A stretch of DNA of 64,000 bases from Octopus vulgaris (taxonomy: Eukaryota): the NCBI GenBank assembly GCA_951406725.2, contig OX597815.1, positions 99,200,001 through 99,264,000 on the forward strand. Reading direction: 5' to 3'. The notes under the pieces are model-generated. The model was not told where the DNA came from. It made no database searches and saw only the letters and a program-made list of their open reading frames with translations. Positions 27,708-44,781 of the stretch are shown one piece after another. The position numbers and the translations under genes are program-made. The stretch's first letter is position 1. Every line of letters begins with the position of its first letter.

Positions 27708-28248
27708 TAGAAAGAGAGAGATGGGGAGAACGATAGGTAGACAGACATGTATATGTATGTATGTATATAATCTAAAGATAAACATAAACATATAAGCATG
27801 TATATATGTAAGCATGTAAGCATGTATATATAATGCGCGAATGTAAGTACACTCGTATATGTACAGTTAGAGATATAGGCATATAGATATAGATACATAG
27901 ATACAGAGAGAAGGAGAAAGGGGATAGAGACAAAGAAACAAACAAACAAACAAACAAACAAACAAAGAGAAGAAAGAAGAGAATAAAAAGCACAATAATA
28001 GAACTGCTTACATTGACTTTCAAAACTAGTAGATTCAATCTCAGAGAGAGAGGAACACAAATAATGAAAACGAGAATCTCAGCAAAATTTCGAACGTTGG
28101 GTTACCTGCTGCCATTTAAGACAAATATATGCGCTTGAAATACACCAGAAGCTTGCTTTGCAACCACGCAGTTTCGTTTTCAATACCACAAAGGGTATAC
28201 TTTTGGCAAGTGTCTACTATTAGAACACCAGACCGACCAATATATATA

Positions 28249-28714
28249 TATTTATTACGATCGCTATTTTCCAGTAAATATCGGTACTTCGTTGTACCAT
28301 TTATTTACTTTTATATGTATAATTTTACCCTTACGGGCTATCTTTCGTATTGCATTACTATTTTCATTGAAACTTCTTCACTGTCCTCGTTCTGCTAACG
28401 TTTTGGCGTTCAGACGAGTGTATTGGCATAGATGTGGCAACATTTGAAATTTTGTTTAGGTATATGCAGCTGATGAGGACAAATCAAATCTACGTTGTCA
28501 AACGTATTTGGAGAGTCTGAAACCGGTCCTGCATTATCCGTTTCTAGGTTTTTCATTTTCCAGATGTTCTTCCTAGAGGTAAGACAAATTTTTCTGTTTG
28601 TTGCACACACACGTCTTTGCTAGTATATACGCAGTGAAGCTAAACAATAGCGTCGTATTTATTACGATCGCTATTTTCCAGTAAATATCGGTACTTCGTT
28701 GTACCATTTATTTA

Positions 28715-28717
<3 letters not shown>
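28249..28717 (+). mobile_element. Retrozyme-like element: 407-bp monomer with 62-bp terminal direct repeats, inside (TA)n (family H1)
   Basis: Identical 62-mers at 28249-28310 and 28656-28717, a central hammerhead, no meaningful ORF, TA runs on both sides. Confidence 0.75.
28464..28534 (+). ncRNA. Type I hammerhead ribozyme (predicted cleavage after C28528)
   Basis: ATGCAG-CTGATGA-GGAC(aaat CAAA tc TACGTT gtca AACGTA TTTG gaga)GTCT-GAAA-CCGGTC-CTGCAT. Perfect 6-bp stem I, intact core, palindromic ACCGGT stem III, GUC triplet. Confidence 0.88.
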
Positions 28718-28752
<35 letters not shown>

Positions 28753-28755
<3 letters not shown>

Positions 28756-30357
28756 TTGCGGCCAAAATGTTCAGAACGGCATTGTTTTCGCCAGAAAAGT
28801 AGGTATACGTTTTTATCAGTTGTTTTATATTCTATAATTTTCACAGACAATAAATACGATATTAATTGTTATTGTCTGAGATTTTGGTGTAATTTAACAA
28901 AAGTTATGGATGATTTAGTGATTTACTGCAAAACCCATGGCGGCCAAAATGATCAGAACGGTTGAAAAAATTACAAAATAATCAAAAATGACAGAGAATA
29001 CTGGAATTATTTAATATTTAGTGTGAAGCCCTTTAGCTTCAATCACACTTTGACATCTTCGACTGTATGAGGAAATTAAATTTTCAATTTCTTGCTAGGT
29101 GATCTTATTCCATTCTTCCTGAAGAGCATTCCATAATTGCTCGGTTGTTTTAGGATTTCTGGCTTTCGAACGTTCTCCTAGAATATTCCACACATTTTCA
29201 ATTGGATTGAGATCTGGGCTTTGAGCAGGCCAATCCATAATAATAACCTTTTCAGCCTTGAGGAAGTTCATGACCACCTTAGCCTTGTGACATGGAGCAT
29301 TGTCCTGCATGAATATGGGTGGTCGCTTAGTTGAATTTCTCAGCACAAGCAAGACATGATCTTTTACAAGTTGTTTATAAACTCCTGCATTTACCTTTCC
29401 ATGTAATCGCACCAAAGGGCACACACCATGTCCAGATATCATCCCCCAAACCATGACACTTCCTCTACCGAATTTAACACTAGTCTTAAGGCATTTAAGC
29501 AACAATTTTTCACCTACTTTTCAACGAACGTACCTTTTCCCATCTGAGCCAAATAACATAAACTTAGATTCTTCACTGAAATGCTCCGTTTGCCATTTTT
29601 CTTGAGACCACAACACCATGTTCGGTTGCAAAGGTAAGACGACACTTTTTATTTTTGGAGCTGATCAGTGGCTTCACTGCTGGTGATCTTGCTTGTAGGT
29701 TATGTTCAACTAAACGATGAGACAAGTTTTTCGAGATAACGTTTTCTTCAATACAATGCTCATTTCCCGAGAAACAGCAGCAGCAGTTTTAAATCTGTCC
29801 TTTTTAACCAACTTTACCATAGCACGATCTTCTCTCTTGGTCGTTGTTCTTGGCCTACCTGTAAACTTTCTTGCTACACACAAACCACAATCATCGAAGA
29901 CCTTAAGAATACCGTGAACAACACTTTTTGACTTGTTAACAATCTTTGCAATAGACCCAATACTTAAATTATCCTTCTTTCGAAGCTTAATAATCTGCTG
30001 ACGAATTGATAACGGAGTAAGTGGCATTATATTAACAAAGTACGCTGCAGATATTCTTACTAATGTTTAGTAAACGAACCGTCACGTAAACAAATTCAAA
30101 ACATTAGAGTTCGCCGGTTAAATATACTAAAACATGGACTAAAAGCAACCGTTCTGATAATTTTGGCCGCCATGGGTTTTGCAGTAAATCACTAAATCAT
30201 CCATAACTTTTGTTAAATTACACCAAAATCTCAGACAATAACAATTAATATCGTATTTATTGTCTGTGAAAATTATAGAATATAAAACAACTGATAAAAA
30301 CGTATACCTACTTTTCTGGCGAAAACAATGCCGTTCTGAACATTTTGGCCGCAACTG
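28753..30357 (-). mobile_element. Full-length Tc1-family transposon with ~212-bp IR/DR-type TIRs and TA flanks
   Basis: TIRs 28753-28964 and 30146-30357 are near-identical, with TA on both sides. Each TIR has an outer and an inner gcggccaaaat..tcagaacgg repeat. Confidence 0.95.
29011..30027 (-). pseudogene. Tc1 DD34E transposase disrupted by frameshifts and a stop
   Basis: HTH N-terminus with GRPR, FSEESKF, GSVMVWG, FMQDNAPCH, WPAQSPDLNPIENVW, ending KGLHTKY*. Premature stop at 29095-29097 and frameshifts around 29500-29710. Confidence 0.92.
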
Positions 30358-30365
30358 TATATATA

Positions 30366-30400
<35 letters not shown>

Positions 30401-31050
30401 CAGGTCACTTTCGAGTGCTACCGGTAACGTGTAACCCTGTACAACCTGTTGCATGGTCGGGCCGTCGGCGACTAAACCGGCAACCCCACCAAGCTTGCTT
30501 GGTGAGAAAGGTGTTTACTGGACACCCTGCAGGATGAAAAACAAAACCCGTCAAAGGGCGGAGGAATTCTTGAGAGTCAACGGCCATCCAATAAATGTCC
30601 TAGGGCTGTATCATGCGCGGGGACATAGAAATAATCGGACTGAATACCCGATCGCGCGGTTAAACCATTGGGAGTGAAGGACTCCTAGTCTTTGTTAGGG
30701 CATCCTTCTAGGAGAAGGTTATTCAGGTAACTGGGATAACTCCGACATAAAACCTGCAGCTCAGTGGTTACCGATGACGTTGACTTGTTCTTTTTTTCGG
30801 ATTATGGCTGCTGTTGCTTAGTGAGTGGGAGTGACTCAGTGCACAGCCTTTCCTCACTTTAAAAAAAATCTTCTTGCACAGGCATTGCACGATAACAACA
30901 TTGTTCATGATTGTTGATGGTGCTGTGAGTCTCAACTGAATGGCTGGCTGTAGTCTTAAAATGCAAATAAAAGTCACATTCGATCACAGCACCAATAACA
31001 GTTAAGCTTCGTGCAATGGCCATACTCGATAACGAGGGGGCAGCCATCAT
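30401..31050 (+). mobile_element. GC-richer repeat resembling an internally deleted RTE-type LINE (5' UTR-like part plus short 3' part)
   Basis: ttagggcatccttctaggagaagg...aactccgacataaaacc resembles RTE 5' regions as I recall them. A short SDH-like peptide lies near 30980. Bounded by (TATG)n and TA. Confidence 0.4.
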
Positions 31051-31394
31051 GTATATATAGTATAAGGTGTGTTATGAGCATTTATAGATTCAACTAACAA
31101 TTAAAGATGGAGAAGAGATGTTAAAAGTTTTATAAAATTTGAATATATGCATACGATCGTTTCAAATTATAACACAAACATATAAGAAACATGGGAAAAT
31201 TAAATTAATTTCTATTATAATTAAATTGAATTAATTGCGTATTAATATTCTCCTCACTGCAAAAGATGGAGAAAACATCAGGAAAGGTAGTAACAGAAGA
31301 ATATTACAGGAAGCCATATTGAGTCTGTGTCGGATAACTTAATCGGATATTCATAAATTGATTGTGTAAGAACTCAACCTTTCTTACATGAAAC

Positions 31395-31735
31395 CCACTT
31401 CGGTCATGAATTACCATGGGATTGTCCCGAAAGAGTTACCCTCCAAGCCACAAGCCCGGGCAAAAATTTCTTTATGGAAGACCAGCAGTAACCCATACAT
31501 ACTAGCTTCCACTCTCCACGCTACCGATGTTATCCAAAGGAAAAGCAAAGTCCGATAGTGCTTGGCAGCAGAGACTTCGCATCTTATTTTAAAATCTGAG
31601 AGAACAGGAGCAACGTGAGATAAAGTTTCTTGCCCGAGAACACAACACACTGCCGAGTCCGGGAACCAAGATCAGAACATCATGATTTTGAGTCATGATT
31701 GCGAGCCCGACGCTCTAACCACTGAACCAAGTGGA
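31395..31735 (-). mobile_element. tRNA-derived SINE with CORE-like body (SINE-D); related pieces at 16175-16250 and 25200-25335
   Basis: Minus-strand head tcagtggttagagcgtcgggctcgcaatcatga, then gtgttgtgttctcgggcaagaaactttatctcacgttgctcc. Its 3' part matches 16180-16250. Confidence 0.65.
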
Positions 31736-32276
31736 CTCTCCTTTTGTAAACGACACTTGAGAGTCTCGCAACTTCTTGCTGCACAGATAATTTGCTTATA
31801 ATAATAAAAAATTTGGCCACTCCCTTCATCAATCGACATTCCCTGTACAGGTGGTTGGTGTACTAAACGACAGATGTCAAAGTGAAATGATATGTCTGAG
31901 AATTGAAGCCATGATCTTGCGATCATGAGTGGAAAACCATAACCAGTAGACTGTGTCCTTCCCTCTTTCAAGACAATAGTGTGTAAAGGAAAGAAGATTT
32001 AACTGCTATGTCGGATGATTGAGTTTAAAAATCTTTCCTTTTATGCAGAACATTTACTCTGTTTTCTCTTGAAATACCGTTGCGAATCATTCGTCATGTG
32101 ACAATATCCTGTCACATACATATACACAAACGTATATTCGTACAAGCGTAATACGCATCGAAAACAATCAAGCACGCGTACATGCACGCGCGCACAGAAA
32201 CACCACCCACACGCACACACATACTAATGCATCCGTAAATGCATGTATGTATGTACAAACGTCACTATTTATATAT

Positions 32277-32316
<40 letters not shown>

Positions 32317-33797
32317 ATAATATATGTATATATATATAATATATATATATATACATATATTTATATATATACACACACACACACACACATATGTATGCAT
32401 ATGTGTGTATTATACACAAACAAGAGCACACATATAGACCTGTGTATATGTGTGTGTGCGTGTAGTATCCATGTGTGTGCATCTCTGTGCGCGAAGAAAT
32501 TTGCGTCAGTACCAACACACAAGTCAAACCTTCGTTTTAGATTTTTTAAATTAATTATCCAATGTAAAAATCATTAATTAATATGCAATCAGCGTGGTTT
32601 GGAACCCCTGAGCTACTTAAATGTTAAAATGATGTCGCAAATGTGGCTGCCAGCAGTACCGATGAAGAATCAGAACAAAACATTTCACTTAAAATAAAGT
32701 ACCAGTCAAATAATGAGGTCGATGTACTCAACTTGCTCACTCCTCAAAATTGTGCTAAAAATTAGAAAGGCTTAAAATGTTATTCTTAAGATGGTCTTAA
32801 ATAGTAGGAGCATTACCACACAATTCATTACAGTTGGTTAACGTATACAGTAGTGTGACCGACAGAGTATCATGCGATATTTAGTTATACTAACGAGACC
32901 CTGCCAAATTTATACACCATGTTTTTTTCTATTTCTGTAAGCTAGCCAGTGTATATTCTGAGACACAAGAGAATATTTCACTTATTGGATTATTTCTGAA
33001 AACTTTATCCAAAAGGCCTGAAATCGTAGCTTTTGTTGGGTCTGTATAAAAAGGTAGTTGTCCATCTGCTAATATTGAAAAATCACTGAACCTGGAATAC
33101 GATAATGGAATACATTATATACTCAATTTTATAGACTTGATATACAATATTCTACCTTTTGTTCTCTCACCTTTCGCTTTAACCTCTTTTTCTCTCCCTT
33201 TTCTTTTGCTTTTTGCATCTCCTTTCAACTAATCACGTGAATGCATTACAGACGGGCTAAGTAACGGAGGAAAAAACAGTTCAAAAGAAAACAATTACAC
33301 ATTTCACTAGCCCCCACCTATTCCTCCTCCTCTCCCTCCCCTGTCTCTCTCCCATTTCTTACCCACCCCTCCTCTAACCCTCCCCACCACGCCCCTTCAA
33401 CTAATCACTTGGAAGCGTTACGGACGGGCTAAGTAACGGTGAGACAAGCAGAATAATTATAAGATGTTATTCATTTTAAGTTCAAACTCCAGAGGTGTTA
33501 ACTTTGCTTTTCATTCTTCCAGGGTCATTTACAGTAAAACATCACTTCAAAATATAATCGACCATCAAATGTGTGACTTTGTGTGTTTATGTCTCGTTGA
33601 ATCGGCACAGTAAGAGTAGTTTGTTTTGTTTTGTTTTGTTTTGTATCATTATTCTTATTCTGATGCTGTTGAATGTTGCTTACATTGATAGATTGGCTTC
33701 GGCTGATTAAACAACAGCAGCAACAGTAACAACAACAACCACTATAGACGGTGATAACAAACTTTTGGGAATTTCGATTTCAGCAAAGGCTTTCGAA

Positions 33798-33872
<75 letters not shown>

Positions 33873-34320
33873 ATATTGTAAGCTTTTGGCTAAACTCATT
33901 AGTCATGGAGTTAATCTAGTGCATCGTGAGCCTTCCACCCTGCCAAAATTATACACGATTTTTTCTTTCTATTTCTGTAAGCTAGCCAGTGTATTTTCTG
34001 AGACACAAGAGAATTTGTAGCAAAGTTCATTCAGTCCAATTGCCGTCGGGTTATTCCACACCACATGCGGTATTTAAACCTTTTGAACTCCCTTCTGAAT
34101 TCTCTTGTGAAATAATTAATGCTAACGCAGAAGACCATCACCAGATCCCTTGCAGTTTCGATATGACCCATATTTATTGGACATACGCTTTTTAAATCTT
34201 TTATCAGCGCATTAGTAATAACAATGATGTCGGTTTCGTTGACGAAGTCAAAATTAGGCACAAATATTTCGAAAGTTGTAACCTGTATTCGTCGAAATAA
34301 AAAGAATGACACTCATTAAC

Positions 34321-39270
<4,950 letters not shown>

Positions 39271-39271
<1 letters not shown>

Positions 39272-41218
39272 TCAGTAGTTTTATTTTTATTTTTATAGCG
39301 TGCTTTCACTTCACTACCGAGCGCAGCTCTGTGTGCCTTGGGTATGTGCTGTGATTTGTTGTGATGCTCTGATGGTTATTGTATGGAAAGTGTTCTGCGT
39401 AGGATGTGGGCAGTGCCTAGTAGTGCAATTTTCTGTATGTTATATGTGTTTGTAAGTCCTGGTGTTTTTGTTATGTATTTGTCTGAATATTTTTTTATCA
39501 TGCCTAATGCACCTACTATGATAGGAATTGTTTCTGTTTTCAGATTCCACATTCTAGTTACCTCTATTTCCAGGTCTTTGTATTTTGAGAGTTTCTCCAT
39601 TTCTTTTAGAGACACGTTGTCATCTGCCGGTATTGATACATCAATTAAAAAGCATTTTTTTCTTCATGATCTCTGACAACTATATCTGGTCTGTTGGCCT
39701 TAATTTCTCTATCTGTGTGTATCGGCATATCCCAGAGTATGGTTGCTTTCTCGTTTTCTGTGACCTTTTCTGGTGTGTGCCTATACCATCTTTTTTCTGT
39801 TGTTATTCCATAATGTTGGCATAGCTTCCAATGTATGTAGGTTCCAACTCTGTCATGTCTGTGAATATATTCCTTCTTAGCCAGGACTGGGCAGCTAGAG
39901 ATAATATGATTTATTGTTTCTTGTCCATCTCCACATATTCTGCAGTTACTTGTAATATTTCTTTTCATTACATGTTTTTGGTAATTTCTGGTGGGGAGGC
40001 TTTGGTCTTGTGCTGCAATTAAAAATCCCTCTGTTTCTGCTTTGAGTCCTGAGCTTCTCAACCATTGCTGGGATTTTTCTTTGTCTATTTCTTTTGCGTT
40101 TAGTTTAGTGCAGTATTTACCATGAAGGGGCTTTTCTTGCCATCGTTTTATCATGGTTCGTTGCTGTTCTGTTTTTAGTTTGGATTTCATTTGTTTTATA
40201 GCTTTTGTTGTTTCTTCATCTTCTTCTTCTTCTTCATGTTTATTAGGTGGTATGATTTCTTGTTTGTATTTGTCAGCTTCCTTAAATACTGAGAACAGTT
40301 TTTTGTTTTGCTCGTGTTTTGCCGCTATCTGGATCAGTTTTCCTTCCTTCTGAAGTAGATATTTTTGCAGTCCTATGGTGGTTATTTTATAGTAGTTTTC
40401 CAGCTGTATAAGGCCTCTACCACCTTCCATACGTTGTATATATAGTCTTTCTATGTCAGATTTTGGGTGATGCATCCTAGATCCTGTCATTATTTTTCTT
40501 GTTTTCCTATCTATTTTGGTCAGTTCATTTCGTGTCCAGTTAAGGATATTGTAGCTGTAACTTATAACTGGGACAGCTAAAGTGTTGATACCTATTATCT
40601 TGTTTTTAGCATTGAGCTCTGTGTTTAGTATTGATCTAACTCGTCTATAATATTCTTTTTTTATTTTCTCTTTCATTTGTGTGTGTTGTGTCTTATCTAG
40701 TTCATGGATTCCTAAGTATTTGTAAGTTTGGCTTTGGTCTAATTCTTTTATTTCATTGGTTTTATCTAGTGTGATGTTGTTACTCTTAACTAGTTTTCCT
40801 CTTTTCATGGTTACTTTGGCGCATTTTTCTAATCCAAATTTCATATCTATTTCTTTGGTAAATCCATGAACTGTCTTTAATAGTGTTTCCAGCTGTTTGT
40901 CATTTGCAGCGTATAGTTTTAGGTCATCCATATATAAAAGGTGGCTGATCGTTTTGCCGTAACATTTATATCCGCATCCAGTTCTATTTAGCATATCAGA
41001 TAGAGGTGACAGTGCCAAGCAGAAAAGGAGTGGAGAGAGCGTGTCTCCCTGGAATATTCCTCTTCTAATGGGGATGTCTTTGGTTTTCATGAGTCCCTCT
41101 TTTGTTTGGAGGTGTAGGACTGTTTGCCATTTATTCATAGAGTGCTCTATGAATTTTATGATTGTTGGTGCTACTTTGTTAATGGCTAGTGTTTCGAGGA
41201 TCCATGTGTGGGGGATGC
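39271..41218 (-). mobile_element. 5'-truncated R4/Dong-like RLE non-LTR retrotransposon within (TAA)n
   Basis: RT motifs RGIFQGDTLSPLLF and HLLYMDDLKLY, zinc knuckle CRICGDGQETINHIISSC, RHD, RPDIVV...KLSKYKDL endonuclease, ~100-bp 3' UTR. TAA repeats on both sides. Confidence 0.93.
39376..41218 (-). pseudogene. RT-CCHC-RLE ORF fragment with one frameshift in a homopolymer (~39655-39661)
   Basis: ORFs 39645-41138 and 39376-39615 join as HEEKKCFLIDVSIPADDNVSLKEMEK if one base is added to the T run. Confidence 0.88.
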
Positions 41219-41232
41219 TATTATTATTATTA

Positions 41233-41308
<76 letters not shown>

Positions 41309-41316
41309 CATTATTA

Positions 41317-41807
41317 TAGGCGGGCTGGCAGAATTGTTAGCATGCCGGGTAAAATGCTATACGTCATCTCGTCCGTCTTTATGTTCTGAGTTCAAAATTC
41401 CACGGAGATCGTCTTTGCCTTTCATCCTTTCGGGGTCGATAAAACGAGTTACAGTTGAGCAGCCGGGGTCGATGTAATCGACTAACTGCCTCCTCTGAAA
41501 CAGATGACAATGTGCGAAAATTTGAAACCGTTATTATTATTATCATTATTATTATTATTACTACTACTACTACTACTACTATCTTAGCGAAGGTGGATTC
41601 CGGATTATTTTTCCTTTTTTTTTTTTACTTAATTCTTGAAAGCGGTCGGGTTCATTTTTAGTATTCTCCTTTGTGAGAGCAGTCGAATTTATTTCAGATA
41701 TTCTCATTTTAAAAGTCATCTCTGGTTAATCGTTGAAAGAACGTTGGTGTTGCCGTGGCGGATGTGTGCGCTCTCTGAGTGCCCTTGTTGTTGCTGTTGT
41801 TGTTGTT

Positions 41808-41839
<32 letters not shown>

Positions 41840-42270
41840 CGCTGCTGCTGCTGCTGCTGTTGTTGTTGTTAAGGCTGCGAGCTTGCAGAATCGTTATCAC
41901 GCTAGGCAAAATGCTTAGCGGTATTTCGTCCGTCCTTACGTTCTCAGTTCAAATTCCACCGAGGTCGACTTTACCTTTCATCCTTTCGGGGTCGATAAAT
42001 TAAGTACCAGTTACGAACTGGGGTCGATGTCATCGACTTAACCCCTCACCTGAACTTGCTGTCCTGATACCAAAATTTGTAATCATTATTATAATTATCA
42101 GTGTTTTCATAAAGGCGGTGAGATGGCAGAACCAACAGCACTCTGGGGTCAAATTCCGCAGAGGTCGATAAAATAGATACCAGTTGAATATTGTAGATCG
42201 ATGAAATATACTATCCCCGCCCCATCATCACCACCAAAGATCCAGGCCATGTACCTAAATGGATATTATC
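41317..42270 (+). mobile_element. Three SINE-A copies (approx. 41317-41530, 41870-42080, 42110-42265) separated by TTA/TTG repeats
   Basis: SINE-A head and core motifs. Confidence 0.85.
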
Positions 42271-42284
42271 ATTATTTATTATCT

Positions 42285-42723
42285 TTGCACAGCTTCTAAC
42301 GCTGGAGATGTACTACGGTGCCAGCTGTTCACTACCAGTGAACTAAGGTAACGCCACTTTTTTGAGCACCATCAGGAGTATTCGAGCGGTTCCAAGCAGT
42401 GCTGTTTTCTGCAAATGCTCCACCCTTATTGCAGCCACCATTTGTTCCATGTACTTCTCAAGATTTTTACTCACTGTTCCCAGGGCTCCGACAATTATTG
42501 GTACTACTACCACCTTTTTCATCGACCACAACTGCTTTACCTCCTAAGTTAACCTGTCATATCTTTCGACTTTTCTTTGTTTCTTATCGCATACCTTGTT
42601 GTCAGCTGGGCATGCTATATCTATTATCCAGCGTCGCTTGCTTTCTTTCTCAATTAATACTGTCTGGTTTCCTATTTTCTATCACATGGTCGCATTGAAT
42701 CATAAAATCCCATGGGATCTTTG

Positions 42724-42725
<2 letters not shown>
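42285..42725 (-). mobile_element. 3' fragment of another R4/Dong-like LINE, bounded by (TTA)n
   Basis: AKIPWDFMIQCDHVIENRKPD...KKVVVVPIIVGALGTVSKNLEKY...LQKTALLGTARIL. Confidence 0.85.
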
Positions 42726-42772
<47 letters not shown>

Positions 42773-44186
42773 GTTGTTGTTGTTGTTGTTGTTGTTGTTA
42801 TTGAGTGAGAGAGCAGTGCATGTCATCAAAGTGACACTGGGGTAAAATATGCGAAACTCAGTATACCCATCATGACTGCCCGTCTGATAAGGGTACACCG
42901 GGCGGTGGTGGTGGCAATGTTTTTTGGTGGTGGTGAATGTGATGATCATTTGCTAAAAATCATTGTATCAGTAATTATAAGGGTTTTGTTGACGATAGTG
43001 AATAACATCAGGTACCCCACAGGAAAGAAATCTTTGTAGTGCATAACGAAACGTCACAGTACATCCTGAGTTCAAATCCTGTCGAAATTGCAGAATACAT
43101 TTCTTTTCCCCTCCATCGCCCCCTTTTATTGTAATGCAGGTTAGGGTGGAGATAAAATAATTACCATTAATATATTCAGATTCTCATTAATACACAAAGC
43201 TCTTCTACAAGTTGAAGCTGTGTAAACGAGAATTTGAAGCCACAGTAGTGGTTCTGTTAGTAATTTTTGTGGTATTATTTCATACAGTTGAAGGTGGTGT
43301 TTGTTTTGACAACGTTGGAAACGTCTGTAACAATAGCAACGTCAATAACAACGGCATTAGCAACAGAAACAGCAGCGTCAGAAGCAGCAGTGGTAACAGC
43401 AGCAGCAGTAGCAGCGACAATAACGTTAGCTGCTACTAGACAAGCAACGAGCGTGTCACAGTAGGTCTTGCGGGAAAACGAAAGGGAAGGACTTGGTATC
43501 GGAATATAAATGAAACTGTTAAGAGTTTGAATGGCACTGCCCTCCGGCTTAATTTATTTATGATATCCCGCAGGAGATTGTACGAAATTCCTCCCCATTC
43601 AAATTGCAGTCATATGCTGTAATCGTGCTCATTCAATAATTGAGATTGTATTCAAACTATTATATACACCTAAAACATTAGTGACAGCTTCTTCTCAAAT
43701 ATCCTTTAGAAATTAAAGTTGATTCCCAGAGTATCATCTTTTAGGGTTCTGAGGTTCATAAAGTTAATATTAGCCCCTGGCAAGCCGATTTCAGGACTTG
43801 ATTTCAATTTCATTTAATGATATTTTATACAGAATAGAAAAAGGAGACAAAGTTACTCAGGGACACTCACTGCATGAAAACAAAATAGTAAGGCTAGTAG
43901 ACAATGATATGCATAATGTAGTGAGCAAAGAAATTACAGTTAATTAAAATTCCCCTCTTAAAGACTCGTTAGCTTAATTAAATCTAGTCGAAAACGGCGA
44001 GGGAAATAAAGCCGAAATTTAATTTAATAAAATCAACTAAAAATAGAATATCAACAATTCTCTGAGGAATGGGTTTGATCTTGGCAGGACAGTAACAACT
44101 TACTAAATGCTTAGGACTTATTAGACCTCCTCTATGAAACATTGTGTTTGCTAGTACCGCCAAATAAAAATAACTTGATATATATA

Positions 44187-44224
<38 letters not shown>

Positions 44225-44231
<7 letters not shown>

Positions 44232-44614
44232 CTACAACCATAATTCTCTTGAAGAAGTTATGATACATTGAAAGCTGTCAAGTGACCTTACTCCACATGC
44301 AATTTTTCTGCAATTTCAATATTCAACCCCCAAAATAACACACCTATATTGTCTTGGGCTTCAACACATGCCTTTCATTCCATACCACGAATATCTATAC
44401 CTCTTTTCCCCCACCTCATATCGTGACAATCTACATATATCATGCCTGTCTTGCTAGAAATCTCTCCATTCGTAATCCCTATTATGCAGCGAGTCTCCAT
44501 ACAGCTCATTCGTACCATGACAAGAGCCTTTACATATGACAGGTATACAATGCTAGGGAATATTTATGCATGTTACCCTTGCCATATATATATGTATATA
44601 TCTCTCTCTCTTTA

Positions 44615-44676
<62 letters not shown>

Positions 44677-44781
44677 GGGTTGAATATTGAAATTGCAGAA
44701 AAATTGCATGTGGAGTAAGGTCACTTGACAGCTTTCAATGTATCATAACTTCTTCAAGAGAATTATGGTTGTAGTTAATTA
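44225..44781. repeat. 109-bp perfect inverted repeat (44225-44333 / 44673-44781), each arm preceded by (TA)n; Penelope-like
   Basis: Exact reverse complement by eye. The arm contains a hammerhead-like TGAAGA...GAAAGCTGTC. Confidence 0.9.

Noticed and set aside
28699-30354. Twin ORFs RPKCSERHCFRQKS at 28699-28965 and 30139-30354
   Set aside because: Translations of the two Tc1 TIRs.
41700-41790. gcggatgtgtgcgctctctgagtgcc resembling a Helentron-like terminus
   Set aside because: Isolated short motif; no matching opposite end found.
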